Source of the DNA: an uncultured bacterium
Lineage (GTDB): Bacteria > Patescibacteriota > Minisyncoccia > Phycocordibacterales > GWA1-40-21
Assembly: GCA_903831305.1 (NCBI GenBank)
Contig: CAIKXE010000008.1
Span: forward strand, 25,105 to 89,104
DNA: 64,000 nucleotides
Direction of reading: 5' to 3'
The position numbers and the translations under genes are program-made. The notes below the pieces were generated by a model, which searched no databases, was not told the origin of the DNA, and saw only the letters and a program-made list of their open reading frames with translations. Each line of letters starts with the position of its first letter. Positions within the stretch are counted from its first letter, which is position 1. Below are positions 46,818 to 56,253 of this stretch, piece by piece.

Positions 46818-47570
46818 CTAGTTTTTGGAACGCTTCCAATTATCTAGTAGTACGGCGGTGGCGATGGAGACATTTAAAGATTCAGTTTTGCCATAAGCAG
46901 GAATATTAATTTTATTTGTCACTAAACTTTCTATTTCCTTATCAATGCCGTTTGATTCATTACCCATCACTAATATTCCACCATTGGGGAATTTAAAATT
47001 ATGAGCATTTTCTCCGGTCATAAAAGCTCCGAGGATAGGGGTATTCACATTACTTAAAAAAGACTTAAGATCTGCATAAAAGACCTGGACACGGGTAAAA
47101 GAGCCCTTGGTAGCGGAGATGACCTTAGGATTATATAGATCCACAGTACCGATAGAGGCAATGATTTTTTTAATACCATACCAGTCCGCGATACGGATTA
47201 TAGTGCCTAAATTCCCCGGATCACGCACATTATCCAAAGCTAGGATGATCTCATCACCGGTAATTTTAAAATCTAGGACAGGCATATCTTTTTGTTTGAC
47301 GACCGCAAGCACAGAATCATTACTGTCTAAACTGCTGACCTTTTCAATCTCACCGGCCTCTACGAGCTCGCAATTAACATTTTTGGTGTTAATAATTTTT
47401 TGGTATTTTGAATAAAAAGACTTGGTGGTAATCAGGGTTTTGATTTCAAAATTTGACTGCAGAGTCTCAACGACACTTTTTTCACCTTCTACAAGGAATA
47501 GACCGGTTTTCTGGCGGTTTTTTTTATCAGCTAGGGATTTTATGATATTAGCTTGGCTTTTGGTAAACAT
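46818..47570 (-). CDS. SpoU/TrmH-family RNA 2'-O-methyltransferase
   Basis: DNVRDPGNLGTIIRIADWYG and MGNESNGI SPOUT motifs. Confidence 0.75.
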   Translation of the reverse strand: MFTKSQANIIKSLADKKNRQKTGLFLVEGEKSVVETLQSNFEIKTLITTKSFYSKYQKIINTKNVNCELVEAGEIEKVSSLDSNDSVLAVVKQKDMPVLDFKITGDEIILALDNVRDPGNLGTIIRIADWYGIKKIIASIGTVDLYNPKVISATKGSFTRVQVFYADLKSFLSNVNTPILGAFMTGENAHNFKFPNGGILVMGNESNGIDKEIESLVTNKINIPAYGKTESLNVSIATAVLLDNWKRSKN

Positions 47571-47602
47571 TTGTCAACTATAGCATATTTGCTCTAAATA
47601 AA

Positions 47603-47756
47603 AAAAGGTGAACCGACCACTGCAAGCAGCGTCGGTTCAGGTGGGGTGAGGACAGCGATGTCGTTACCGGGTTGTGTTGCAAGCCACGGCCTGCGTTTTG
47701 TCCCTAAGGGGACACCTTGTAACGAGAGCATCGGGTCTCTCTCCACTCCCAAGATA
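47603..47756 (-). ncRNA. Putative structured small RNA (~150 nt, GC-rich), unknown family; promoter TTGCAA-17-TATTAT on the minus strand and intrinsic terminator GAACCGAC...GUCGGUUC followed by ACCUUUUUUU
   Basis: GC-rich island without a credible ORF (the 62-aa track ORF begins in the promoter). Promoter and terminator read on the minus strand. Lies directly upstream of the TrmH-family gene. Confidence 0.4.
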
Positions 47757-47791
47757 ATATAAAATATATTATATTTTTGCAAGTTAGCTCT

Positions 47792-47800
47792 TGTGGATAA
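47792..47800 (+). promoter_or_regulatory. Perfect DnaA-box 9-mer within TTGTGGATAACTTT upstream of the SIMPL-domain gene
   Basis: Exact match. Confidence 0.5.
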
Positions 47801-47859
47801 CTTTCATATCTATGCTATTATAGTAAGTACAATTGTTTTATAAGCATTAATCTAAAAAA

Positions 47860-48600
47860 ATGAAAGCAAGTGAAGAAAAAAGTTTTTATAGTTCCATTCA
47901 GTTTATTATTGGTCTTTGTCTCATTATTAGTTCTGTTATTTTTTCCTTAGCATTTTATAGCTCAAGAATTTCTACGGATTCTATTTCCGTGACGGGTTCT
48001 GCTTCTCAGGAGGTGGTGTCTGATAATGCTAAGTTTTCTGGTGATTTCTCCAGAATTGTAAAACTCAGTGCTTTGAAGACAGGCTATGATCAGATGGCAA
48101 AAGACTTAGTTGTGGTTAAGGATTTTTTGAAAGCCCAAAAGATTGAGGATAAGGATATAACTATTTCTACTGTTTCCATGCAACAAAATTATGATTATAA
48201 TCAAAACGTCAGTCAGGCGGAGAAAGACTATACTTTACGCCAGACGGTAGAAATATCTTCTTCAGGTGTGGCTAAAATCACCGCCTTAGCTCAGGCCACA
48301 CAATCAATCATAAATAAAGGGGTTATCTTTAGCGTCTATCCGGTAGAATATTATTATAGAAATTTACCGGAAGTTAGAGTTTCTCTTCTGTCTTCTGCCG
48401 TGGCTGATGCCAAGAAGCGAGCTGAGGAGATTGTCTCTGGTACTGGCCAAAAGATTGGGGCCTTGAAGTCTGCGGCGAGTGGGGTGGTCCAGGTCCTTCC
48501 GGCCAATTCTTTAGAAATTTCTGATTACGGTACTTATGATACTACCAAGGTAAATAAGAACATTATGGTGACAGTAAAGGCGGCTTTTACAATAAAATAG
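47860..48600 (+). CDS. SIMPL/DUF541 domain protein (periplasmic immunogenic protein family)
   Basis: N-terminal TM; length and composition typical of DUF541. By-eye call. Confidence 0.45.
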   Translation: MKASEEKSFYSSIQFIIGLCLIISSVIFSLAFYSSRISTDSISVTGSASQEVVSDNAKFSGDFSRIVKLSALKTGYDQMAKDLVVVKDFLKAQKIEDKDITISTVSMQQNYDYNQNVSQAEKDYTLRQTVEISSSGVAKITALAQATQSIINKGVIFSVYPVEYYYRNLPEVRVSLLSSAVADAKKRAEEIVSGTGQKIGALKSAASGVVQVLPANSLEISDYGTYDTTKVNKNIMVTVKAAFTIK

Positions 48601-48682
48601 CAACAGCAAAAAAGCAGAAAATTCTCTCCACTTAACAAGGACTAATCATTACGAGAAATTTCTGCCTTTTTTGTTATTAGGT

Positions 48683-49387
48683 TTACTCTTGTCTAAAAGG
48701 GGCGTTTTTGATGATCTGGATTATCTCATCTTCAGAATCTACTATTTTATAGATATTTTCATCTTCTAGGTTTATGGTGTGTTCATCATGATAGAGTTTA
48801 TCATCAATCAACTTTAGCAGCGGGGTCCAAAATTCTCGACCCACTAATATCACTGGCACCTTGGGGATTTCACTAGTTTGAATCAAGGTAACTATTTCAA
48901 ATAGTTCATCCATGGTACCAAAACCACCGGGGTAATAGATATAGGTTTCGGCGGAGAAAAAAAGTAGGGTTTTACGACTGAAAAAGTATTCAAATTCTAC
49001 GTGCTCGGTGAGATAGATATTTGTTGCTTGTTCTTTAGGTAATTTAATTGCAAAACCAATAGAGACGCCGCCGGCTTCATAAGCTCCCTTATTGGCGGCC
49101 TCCATAATACCAGGACCACCACCGGTAACCACCGCATATTTTAGTTCCTGGACGATTCTCCGCCCCAGCGACTCTGCTTGCTGATAATAAATATTGTCTG
49201 ATTTAAACCGAGCAGAACCTAAAATGCTGACCGAACGCGGATATTTTTTTATTAAATTATAACCGTTGGTAAATTCTTTGTCAGTAATTACCATTCGATT
49301 TTTTATTAAGCGGTCAATTTCTTTTATTGTTAAAAGGTCACCGCTACGGTGTACTTTTTTTGCAAATAAGTTTTTTATGTTTAGCAT
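48683..49387 (-). CDS. LOG-family (Rossmann TIGR00730-type) nucleotide phosphoribohydrolase
   Basis: VTGGGPGIMEAANKGA and GGFGTMDELFE motifs. Confidence 0.7.
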   Translation of the reverse strand: MLNIKNLFAKKVHRSGDLLTIKEIDRLIKNRMVITDKEFTNGYNLIKKYPRSVSILGSARFKSDNIYYQQAESLGRRIVQELKYAVVTGGGPGIMEAANKGAYEAGGVSIGFAIKLPKEQATNIYLTEHVEFEYFFSRKTLLFFSAETYIYYPGGFGTMDELFEIVTLIQTSEIPKVPVILVGREFWTPLLKLIDDKLYHDEHTINLEDENIYKIVDSEDEIIQIIKNAPFRQE

Positions 49388-49434
49388 CGCACTATTATAG
49401 CATTTATCTTAAAATTTGCTATATTAGTGAGGTA

Positions 49435-50667
49435 ATGACTATGGATTTTAGGATTGAAAAAAGACTTACAGGTAAGCTCGGTCGGGCTGGTACTTTGACC
49501 GTGCCTCATGGGGTGATAGAAACGCCAGCATATGTTGTGGTGGGGACAAAAGGCACGGTCAAATCTGTGGATTCCGCTCAGGTGAAGGAGGCCGGGGCGC
49601 AGGTGGTACTTTCTAATACTTATCACTTATATTTACAGCCGGGGGATGAGGCGGTGAAGAAAATGGGAGGGTTGAATAAAATGATGAATTGGTCCGGGCC
49701 CTCTATGACGGATTCAGGTGGTTTCCAAGTTTTCTCTTTGGGGGCTGCTTATAAAAAAGGAATTTCTAAAGTCTTGCAGGTGACGGATCCCTCGCTTTTA
49801 ATTCCGGAGCGGTTTGATGATTCTGATGCGCCCCGGCTGGCTAAAATCGGTCAGGATGGTGTGTCCTTTACTTCACATATTGATGGTTCAGTGCATTATA
49901 TTACGCCAGAAAAGTCTATTCAGATTCAGCACAATATTGGTGCCGATATTATTTTTGCTTTTGACGAATGTACTTCGCCAAACGAAGATTTGAAGTATCA
50001 AGGAGAGGCACTAGAGCGAACACATAATTGGGCTCGGCGGTCCTTGGAGGAGCATATCAAGCTCGAGAACCAGAAAAGTTTTTCTGACACTTCTCAGTCC
50101 ATATTCGGTATTGTTCAAGGTGGACGAGATGAAGAATTGCGGAAAAAGTCCGCTAAATTTATTTCTGAGGTAGAAGTGGAAGGTAAGAAATTTGATGGTT
50201 TTGGTATTGGTGGTTCTTTTGCCAAAGAGGATATGCAAACCGCTGTAAAATGGGTGAATGAAATTTTACCGGAAGATAAACCAAGGCATTTGCTCGGGAT
50301 AGGTGAACCAGAAGATTTGTTTATGGGGGTTGAGAGTGGGGTGGATTTGTTTGATTGTGTTTTACCGACTAGGTTGGGAAGAAACGGCACACTTTATACT
50401 AAGGAAGGAAAAATCCATATTACTAATACTGAATATCGTCTGGATACAAAACCAGTAGAAGAGGATTGCCCGTGTTATACCTGTACGCATTATTCTCGCT
50501 CTTATATTTGTCACCTCTTTCATGGTAAAGAAATGCTCGCTGGTACTCTGTCATCTATCCACAATATTCATTTCTTAGTTAATCTGGTTAAAAAAATCCG
50601 TCAGTCTATCTTAGATGAGAATTTTGCGGAGTTTAAAGAAAGCTTTTTGAATAAATATAAGCAGTAA
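49435..50667 (+). CDS. tgt: Queuine tRNA-ribosyltransferase
   Basis: TPAYVVVGTKG; QGGRDEELR; Zn site CPCYTCTHYSRSYICHL. Start moved to MTMDFRIEKRL. Confidence 0.85.
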   Translation: MTMDFRIEKRLTGKLGRAGTLTVPHGVIETPAYVVVGTKGTVKSVDSAQVKEAGAQVVLSNTYHLYLQPGDEAVKKMGGLNKMMNWSGPSMTDSGGFQVFSLGAAYKKGISKVLQVTDPSLLIPERFDDSDAPRLAKIGQDGVSFTSHIDGSVHYITPEKSIQIQHNIGADIIFAFDECTSPNEDLKYQGEALERTHNWARRSLEEHIKLENQKSFSDTSQSIFGIVQGGRDEELRKKSAKFISEVEVEGKKFDGFGIGGSFAKEDMQTAVKWVNEILPEDKPRHLLGIGEPEDLFMGVESGVDLFDCVLPTRLGRNGTLYTKEGKIHITNTEYRLDTKPVEEDCPCYTCTHYSRSYICHLFHGKEMLAGTLSSIHNIHFLVNLVKKIRQSILDENFAEFKESFLNKYKQ

Positions 50668-50748
50668 AGTGGTTTGTTTTTATTTTCTATTTGGTGTACT
50701 GTTTCGATAGAGTTGTTGTTTTGAAACCAAAAGTTAAGGAGATAGATC

Positions 50749-51225
50749 ATGTTGGACAATGTGAAGGTCGGTCAGCACGTGATTATTTATGGTCTGGAGC
50801 AAAAGTACTACGGGGTCGGAGCAGAGGTCGTTTCTGAGGCATACAGTTGTGTTGTACATGAGGTACCAACACAAGTTGTGGCGGTCAAAGTCTTTTATCA
50901 AGAGTGGGGTCTCTTCTCTAATAATGGGGAGTGGCATGAAACGATTTTGATTATTAGTATCCATCAAATGAAGCCGGATACTTACCATGCCTTTGAAAAG
51001 AAAAGGCTAAAGATGAAGTTCGGTGGGTATTGGTCCACTGAATTACTGGCTCAACCTTTGAATCGGGAAGCAGAATGCGCCTTTTGCGGTAACCGGGTTC
51101 ATGTCAGGATTGAGATGAATCACTCGGGCTGTATTCGACAGTACGATGTCTGCCGTCCATGTGCCAAGCGCTGGGATGGCGTTTGGTCTGACTGCCCACC
51201 GGAGAAAAAGGTCAAGGCTGTCTGA
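50749..51225 (+). CDS. Hypothetical Cys-rich protein (C-terminal CAFCGN...CRPCAKRW), GC-enriched
   Basis: SD AAGGAG precedes the ATG. Composition differs from the backbone. Confidence 0.45.
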   Translation: MLDNVKVGQHVIIYGLEQKYYGVGAEVVSEAYSCVVHEVPTQVVAVKVFYQEWGLFSNNGEWHETILIISIHQMKPDTYHAFEKKRLKMKFGGYWSTELLAQPLNREAECAFCGNRVHVRIEMNHSGCIRQYDVCRPCAKRWDGVWSDCPPEKKVKAV

Positions 51226-51243
51226 ATTTGTCTCGGTTTTTCT

Positions 51244-51289
51244 GGGGCCCGCGAGTCGCATCGCGGGCCCTTTCTAATACTTGCATTTT
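51244..51289 (+). repeat. Direct-repeat copy 1 of a terminator+promoter module (GGGGCCCGCGAG-loop-CGCGGGCCC-TTTCTAATACTTGCATTT). The hairpin terminates the 50749 gene; TTGCAT-17-CATAAT drives the DUF559 gene
   Basis: Near-identical copy at 52400-52446. Confidence 0.6.
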
Positions 51290-51339
51290 AAATATTGATT
51301 TCGCATAATATAGTTTGCTATGTTTAATTTATTTAAAAT

Positions 51340-51789
51340 ATGAACAGAAACCCCTCCCAACCTCCCCTTGTCAGGGGAGGGGAAAATCCTAAAAGACTTG
51401 ATCTTAAGTTTATTCCTTATAATAAGGAATTAGTTTCTCGAGCTAGAGAATTAAGGCTAAATCAGACCCCGGCCGAAAGAGTATTTTGGGAAACTCTGCT
51501 CAATAAAAAAACTATTGAATATAAATTTACCAGACAGAAGCCAATCGATAATTTTATTGCAGATTTTTATTGTTCAAAACTCTTATTGGCTGTAGAAATA
51601 GATGGTCAAATCCATTTGGCTACAGAAAAAAGAGATCAAGAGAGAACCGATATATTGTGTTTGAAGTACGGTATTTTGGTGGTTAGATATTCTAATGATG
51701 AAGTTTTAAGAGACCCAAATGGTGTTATAAACAACCTAGAAAAAATAATACACGCGCGAGAATCTTTTCCCCCTGACAAGGGGGATTAA
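51340..51789 (+). CDS. DUF559 (Vsr-like PD-(D/E)xK endonuclease fold) protein, bounded by 14-bp inverted hairpins (CCCCTTGTCAGGGG at 51365-51378 and CCCCTGACAAGGGG at 51767-51780) inside its own coding ends
   Basis: Core LLAVEIDGQIHLATEKRDQERTDILCLKYGILVVRYSNDEV is typical of DUF559; the terminal inverted repeats were read by eye. Confidence 0.65.
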   Translation: MNRNPSQPPLVRGGENPKRLDLKFIPYNKELVSRARELRLNQTPAERVFWETLLNKKTIEYKFTRQKPIDNFIADFYCSKLLLAVEIDGQIHLATEKRDQERTDILCLKYGILVVRYSNDEVLRDPNGVINNLEKIIHARESFPPDKGD

Positions 51790-51955
51790 GGGGGTTGATT
51801 TTATTAATTTATATGGTAGGTTATATGTAGGTTGTACTTTGTATTGTGGATTGTAATGCCAATCGTATGATTGGTGCTTCCACCCTGGTGGTGGAGGAAC
51901 GGCGTTTGATGCGTTCGCCAATAATGCATCAGGTTTGTTTCAGAAAGGGGTTCGT

Positions 51956-52375
51956 ATGAACTCTCCAGTCGTGGTAGGTGCAAGGCGGGTGCTGTACCGG
52001 GGTAAGATCACCAAAGGTCCCTCGTTGCACTCTCTGATCGTGTCACTAACATTCGTTCAGACCCTCAATGGTTGGATGGAGATTCCGGTAACGTTCGGTA
52101 TTGACCCTATCGTCACCGGGAGTGCTGGGGACTTTTCCTGGAACATCTCGGCCTTCTGGATGGTCGTCCATTCATTGGGTCGCGAGGATGGTGATTACGT
52201 CAACTGGAAGATCGTGGGAGAACCAGAAAGGCGTGAGTCAGCTCAAACCATACTTCGGGCTTTCGGTGTCTCTTACGAGGGGCAACGGATACCACGAATT
52301 CGGTTTGAGATTGAGTATTCTACCTCAGGCCAGGCAGGCCGGTCTGGAGAAGTGGAGGTCTGTATTTACGACTGA
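51956..52375 (+). CDS. Hypothetical GC-rich protein (139 aa) with a ~100-nt GC-rich structured leader
   Basis: SD AAAGGGG precedes the ATG. High GC3. Confidence 0.45.
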   Translation: MNSPVVVGARRVLYRGKITKGPSLHSLIVSLTFVQTLNGWMEIPVTFGIDPIVTGSAGDFSWNISAFWMVVHSLGREDGDYVNWKIVGEPERRESAQTILRAFGVSYEGQRIPRIRFEIEYSTSGQAGRSGEVEVCIYD

Positions 52376-52399
52376 GTCTACTGTGTTCTAAACATTATT

Positions 52400-52446
52400 G
52401 GGGCCCGCGAGGTGATATCCGCGGGCCCCTTTTAATACTTGCAATT
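52400..52446 (+). repeat. Direct-repeat copy 2 of the terminator+promoter module; its TTGCAA-17-CATAAT is the uvrB promoter
   Basis: GGGGCCCGCGAGgtgatatcCGCGGGCCCCTTTTAATACTTGCAATT. Confidence 0.6.
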
Positions 52447-52477
52447 CTCCAAAATGCTATGCATAATAACCTTTCAT

Positions 52478-54487
52478 ATGTCAAACCAGAAATTTAAATT
52501 ACAAGCCCAATATAAGCCCGCGGGGGACCAGCCCAAAGCCATAGAACAGCTCGTGGCGGGATTAAAAAAAGGTTATGAGAACCAGACGCTTTTGGGCGTG
52601 ACCGGATCCGGCAAGACTTTTACCATGGCCAATGTGATTGAACAGATTCAGAAGCCCACCTTGGTGATTGCCCATAATAAAACCTTGGCGGCCCAGCTGG
52701 CTCAAGAGTATAAGGAATTTTTCCCGGATAATGCCGTACATTATTTTGTCTCGTACTATGATTATTATCAGCCAGAGGCCTATATTCCAGTGACGGATAC
52801 TTATATTGAAAAGGAAGCAATGATCAACGAAGAGATTGACCGTTTACGCCATGCTTCCACTCAGGCATTACTCACGAGAAAAGATGTGATTATAGTGGCC
52901 TCGGTTTCCTGTATTTATGGCTTGGGTTCACCGGCGGAATATGAAAAAGTAAATTTAAAAATAGCAGTAGGGATGGAGATCAGCCGAGCGGAGATGATTC
53001 GCAAATTTATCAATATTCATTTTGAAAGAAATAATACAGATTTAAAGCCTGGGGAGTTCCGCGCGGTGGGAAACTCCTTAGAAATAATGCCGGTAAACGA
53101 AAAGTTGATTTACCGGATTACTTTTGCGGAGAATAAGATAGGTGATATTGTAAAGATGGATGGTGTGACCCGGCGGATAGTGAGTGATGAGAAAACTTTC
53201 TTTTTATTTCCGGCCAAACATTTTATTACTAACGAGGAGGAAAAAAAGCTGGCAATAAAAAGTATCAAATCAGAACTTGAAGCCCAGCTTAAATTATTAA
53301 AAAAGGAGGGCAAGCTTTTGGAAGCTGAGAGATTGAAGAGACGAACGACTTATGATTTATCTTTAATAAAGGAGGTGGGTTATTGTAATGGGATTGAAAA
53401 TTATTCTAGACATTTTTCTGGTAAAGGTGCAGGCGAGCCACCAGATAGCTTACTCTCATATTTTGGTCCAGATTTTCTGACCATTATTGACGAATCGCAC
53501 GTCACCATCCCACAGCTGAACGGAATGTATGCCGGGGACGCCTCTCGTAAGAAAAATCTAATTGATCACGGTTTTCGTTTGCCATCTTCTCGGGACAATA
53601 GACCATTGAAATTTCCCGAGTTTGTGGAGCGGGTGAATCAAGTTATTTATACTTCTGCCACCCCAAGTGACTATGAACTGGAGAAAAGTGCTCAGGTGGT
53701 GGAGCAGGTAATCAGGCCGACTGGTTTGATTGATCCTGAGGTTGAGATCCGTGGAATAATAGAGCAAGGTTCATATAAAGGCCAGGTTTTTGATTTTATA
53801 GCAGAGACGGAAAAGGTAATCAAAGGTGGCGGGCGAGTGATTGCTACCACTTTGACCAAGAAGATGGCGGAGGATTTAAGCGAATATTTGAAGGCTAAAA
53901 GTATTAAAGCGGAATATTTGCACAGTGATATTAAAACGATTGACCGGATTCAGATTTTGACGGATTTTAGAAAGGGCAAATTTGATTGTATTGTGGGGGT
54001 GAACCTCTTGCGTGAGGGTTTGGACCTACCAGAAGTGGAGTTTATCGGAATTTTAGATGCCGATAAAGAAGGTTTTTTGCGCTCTGATACTTCTTTGATT
54101 CAGATCATTGGCCGAGCCGCTAGAAATGTGAAGGGCAAGGTAGTTCTATATGCTGATCATATTACTGGTTCAATCACCAGGGCTATCAATGAGACAAATA
54201 GAAGGCGTGAAGTCCAGGTGACCTATAACAAAAAGCACAATATTACTCCTAAGACAATTATAAAAAATATTCGGGATATTATGGAAGATTTGAAATCGCC
54301 ACATGATAAGGCGGTGATGGAGGTGCTAAAGATTGATCAGGAGATTATGGGTAAGAACCCTAAAAAACTGATTAAGCAGAAAGAAATTCAGCTTAATGCC
54401 GCGGTCAAAATACTGGACTTTGAAACGGCAGCTATTATCCGTGATGAACTGATTGCCATCAAAAAGGCTCTTAGTAAAAAAAGTTAG
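52478..54487 (+). CDS. uvrB: Excinuclease ABC subunit B
   Basis: FKLQAQYKPAGDQP; Walker A GVTGSGKT; helicase motifs; C-terminal UVR domain AAIIRDELIAIKK. Confidence 0.9.
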   Translation: MSNQKFKLQAQYKPAGDQPKAIEQLVAGLKKGYENQTLLGVTGSGKTFTMANVIEQIQKPTLVIAHNKTLAAQLAQEYKEFFPDNAVHYFVSYYDYYQPEAYIPVTDTYIEKEAMINEEIDRLRHASTQALLTRKDVIIVASVSCIYGLGSPAEYEKVNLKIAVGMEISRAEMIRKFINIHFERNNTDLKPGEFRAVGNSLEIMPVNEKLIYRITFAENKIGDIVKMDGVTRRIVSDEKTFFLFPAKHFITNEEEKKLAIKSIKSELEAQLKLLKKEGKLLEAERLKRRTTYDLSLIKEVGYCNGIENYSRHFSGKGAGEPPDSLLSYFGPDFLTIIDESHVTIPQLNGMYAGDASRKKNLIDHGFRLPSSRDNRPLKFPEFVERVNQVIYTSATPSDYELEKSAQVVEQVIRPTGLIDPEVEIRGIIEQGSYKGQVFDFIAETEKVIKGGGRVIATTLTKKMAEDLSEYLKAKSIKAEYLHSDIKTIDRIQILTDFRKGKFDCIVGVNLLREGLDLPEVEFIGILDADKEGFLRSDTSLIQIIGRAARNVKGKVVLYADHITGSITRAINETNRRREVQVTYNKKHNITPKTIIKNIRDIMEDLKSPHDKAVMEVLKIDQEIMGKNPKKLIKQKEIQLNAAVKILDFETAAIIRDELIAIKKALSKKS

Positions 54488-54509
54488 GAATTTATGCTAG
54501 AATCACTCT

Positions 54510-56225
54510 ATGTTTAAATGGCCATGGCAGAGGAGTCATATTCGTTATGAAAAAAGAGAGAAGGATATTGATCCAGACGAGATTTTTATTGATTCAGAAA
54601 ATTTGCCAAACTTTGATGTTTATCAGTTTGAGGGTCGGTTGGAAAAACCGATTTCTCGCCGTAGCTTGTTTAGCCTTGGGGTAGTAGTTTTAATAATTAT
54701 TTTAGTTTTTATTTTCAGAATTGGAAATTTACAAATCAGTAATGGTGAATATTATTTTACAAAAAGTGAAAATAATCGTTTACGAAACTCATTGATTTTT
54801 GCCAAAAGAGGCGTGGTTTATGACCGCGTAGGTACCAAACTTGTCTGGAATGCTGAAAATCTACAGGATAAGGCTTTTGACTTAAGAAAATACATTCCGC
54901 TTGACGGTCTCTCTCATCTTTTGGGTTATTTAAAGTATCCCTCTAAAGATAAATATGGTTTTTATTTTACTGAGGTTTTTGATGGTAAAGATGGTGTAGA
55001 GAAAGTATATAATGATATTTTATCGGGGGAAAACGGCAAGAGGATTGTGGAGGTGGACGCCCTTGGAGCGGTGCAGTCAGAAAATATTATTCACAATGCT
55101 CAGGATGGAGAAAATATTACCTTGACGGTGGATGCTGACGTTCAGAATAAAATTTACCAAGAAATTAAAAGCTTAGCACAAAAAGTCGGTTTTTCTGGCG
55201 GAGCGGGGATAATCATGGATGTGAATACTGGGGCGGTGCTTGCGATGACTAGTTATCCGGAATACAGTTCACAGATATTAACTGATGGGCAAAATAAAAG
55301 TGTAATAAATAAATATCTGACTGACAAAAATACACCTTTTCTCAATCGGGTGATTGATGGTCTCTATACCCCAGGGTCTACCGTCAAACCCTACATGGCC
55401 TTTGCCGCCTTGAGTGAAAATATCATTGATCCATATCAGAATATTTTTGGTGCTGCTTATATTTCTATTCCCAATCCCTATGACTCCACCAAGCCCACTA
55501 TTTTTAAAGACTGGAAGGCGCATGGCTATGTGGATATGAAGAAGGCGTTGGCCGTATCATCAGACATCTATTTTTATGAGATTGGTGGTGGTTATGAGAA
55601 TCAAAAGGGTTTGGGTATTTTAGCTATTGATAAGTATATGAAAATGTTTGGCTTTGGTGAAGCCCTAAGCACCCCTTTCTTTTCTGGCGAAGCGGGAGTG
55701 ATACCAACTCCTGAGTGGAAGAAAGCTAATTTTGACGGTGATGAGTGGCGGGTAGGAAATACTTATCATACTTCTATTGGTCAGTATGGTTTTCAGGTGA
55801 GTCCCGTCCAGATGGTGCGGGCGGTCTCGGCTCTGGCCAATGGTGGTAGACTGATAGAGCCAGAAATATTGTTAGACCAAGCTGATCATTTGGATGATAG
55901 AGTAACTGATTTAAACTTGAATCAAGCGGATTTAAAAATTGTGCGGGAGGGTATGCACGATGGTGTGATAAAAGATTATGGTGTGGCCAAGGGACTAAAT
56001 AGTAGTGATTATACCGTGGCCGCCAAGACCGGTACAGCCGAGCTTGGGGTTTATAAGCAGTATGTAAATTCTTGGGTGACCGGTTTTTTCCCGTATGAAA
56101 ATCCTAAATATGCTTTTGTGATTATCATGGAAAAAGGTCCCGTGGCTAATACCACCGGTGCCACCTCTGTCATGCGCCAGGTGCTCGACTATATGGCGGT
56201 CTATAAAAGTGAGTATTTGAAGTAG
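54510..56225 (+). CDS. Penicillin-binding protein 2-type peptidoglycan D,D-transpeptidase
   Basis: TM anchor; SxxK GSTVKP, SxN-like SSD, KTGT. Confidence 0.8.
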   Translation: MFKWPWQRSHIRYEKREKDIDPDEIFIDSENLPNFDVYQFEGRLEKPISRRSLFSLGVVVLIIILVFIFRIGNLQISNGEYYFTKSENNRLRNSLIFAKRGVVYDRVGTKLVWNAENLQDKAFDLRKYIPLDGLSHLLGYLKYPSKDKYGFYFTEVFDGKDGVEKVYNDILSGENGKRIVEVDALGAVQSENIIHNAQDGENITLTVDADVQNKIYQEIKSLAQKVGFSGGAGIIMDVNTGAVLAMTSYPEYSSQILTDGQNKSVINKYLTDKNTPFLNRVIDGLYTPGSTVKPYMAFAALSENIIDPYQNIFGAAYISIPNPYDSTKPTIFKDWKAHGYVDMKKALAVSSDIYFYEIGGGYENQKGLGILAIDKYMKMFGFGEALSTPFFSGEAGVIPTPEWKKANFDGDEWRVGNTYHTSIGQYGFQVSPVQMVRAVSALANGGRLIEPEILLDQADHLDDRVTDLNLNQADLKIVREGMHDGVIKDYGVAKGLNSSDYTVAAKTGTAELGVYKQYVNSWVTGFFPYENPKYAFVIIMEKGPVANTTGATSVMRQVLDYMAVYKSEYLK

Positions 56226-56253
56226 TTGTGGTTTTTTATGCTAGAATAGGGGG

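Noticed and set aside
47594-47782. 62-aa minus-strand ORF over the GC-rich small-RNA locus
   Set aside because: Its start lies inside the AT-rich promoter (-10 region) and it lacks an SD; more consistent with non-coding RNA.
52381-52400. LexA box upstream of uvrB
   Set aside because: Only a half-site (GTTC...ACAT) is present, not the full GAAC-N4-GTTC palindrome seen at lexA.
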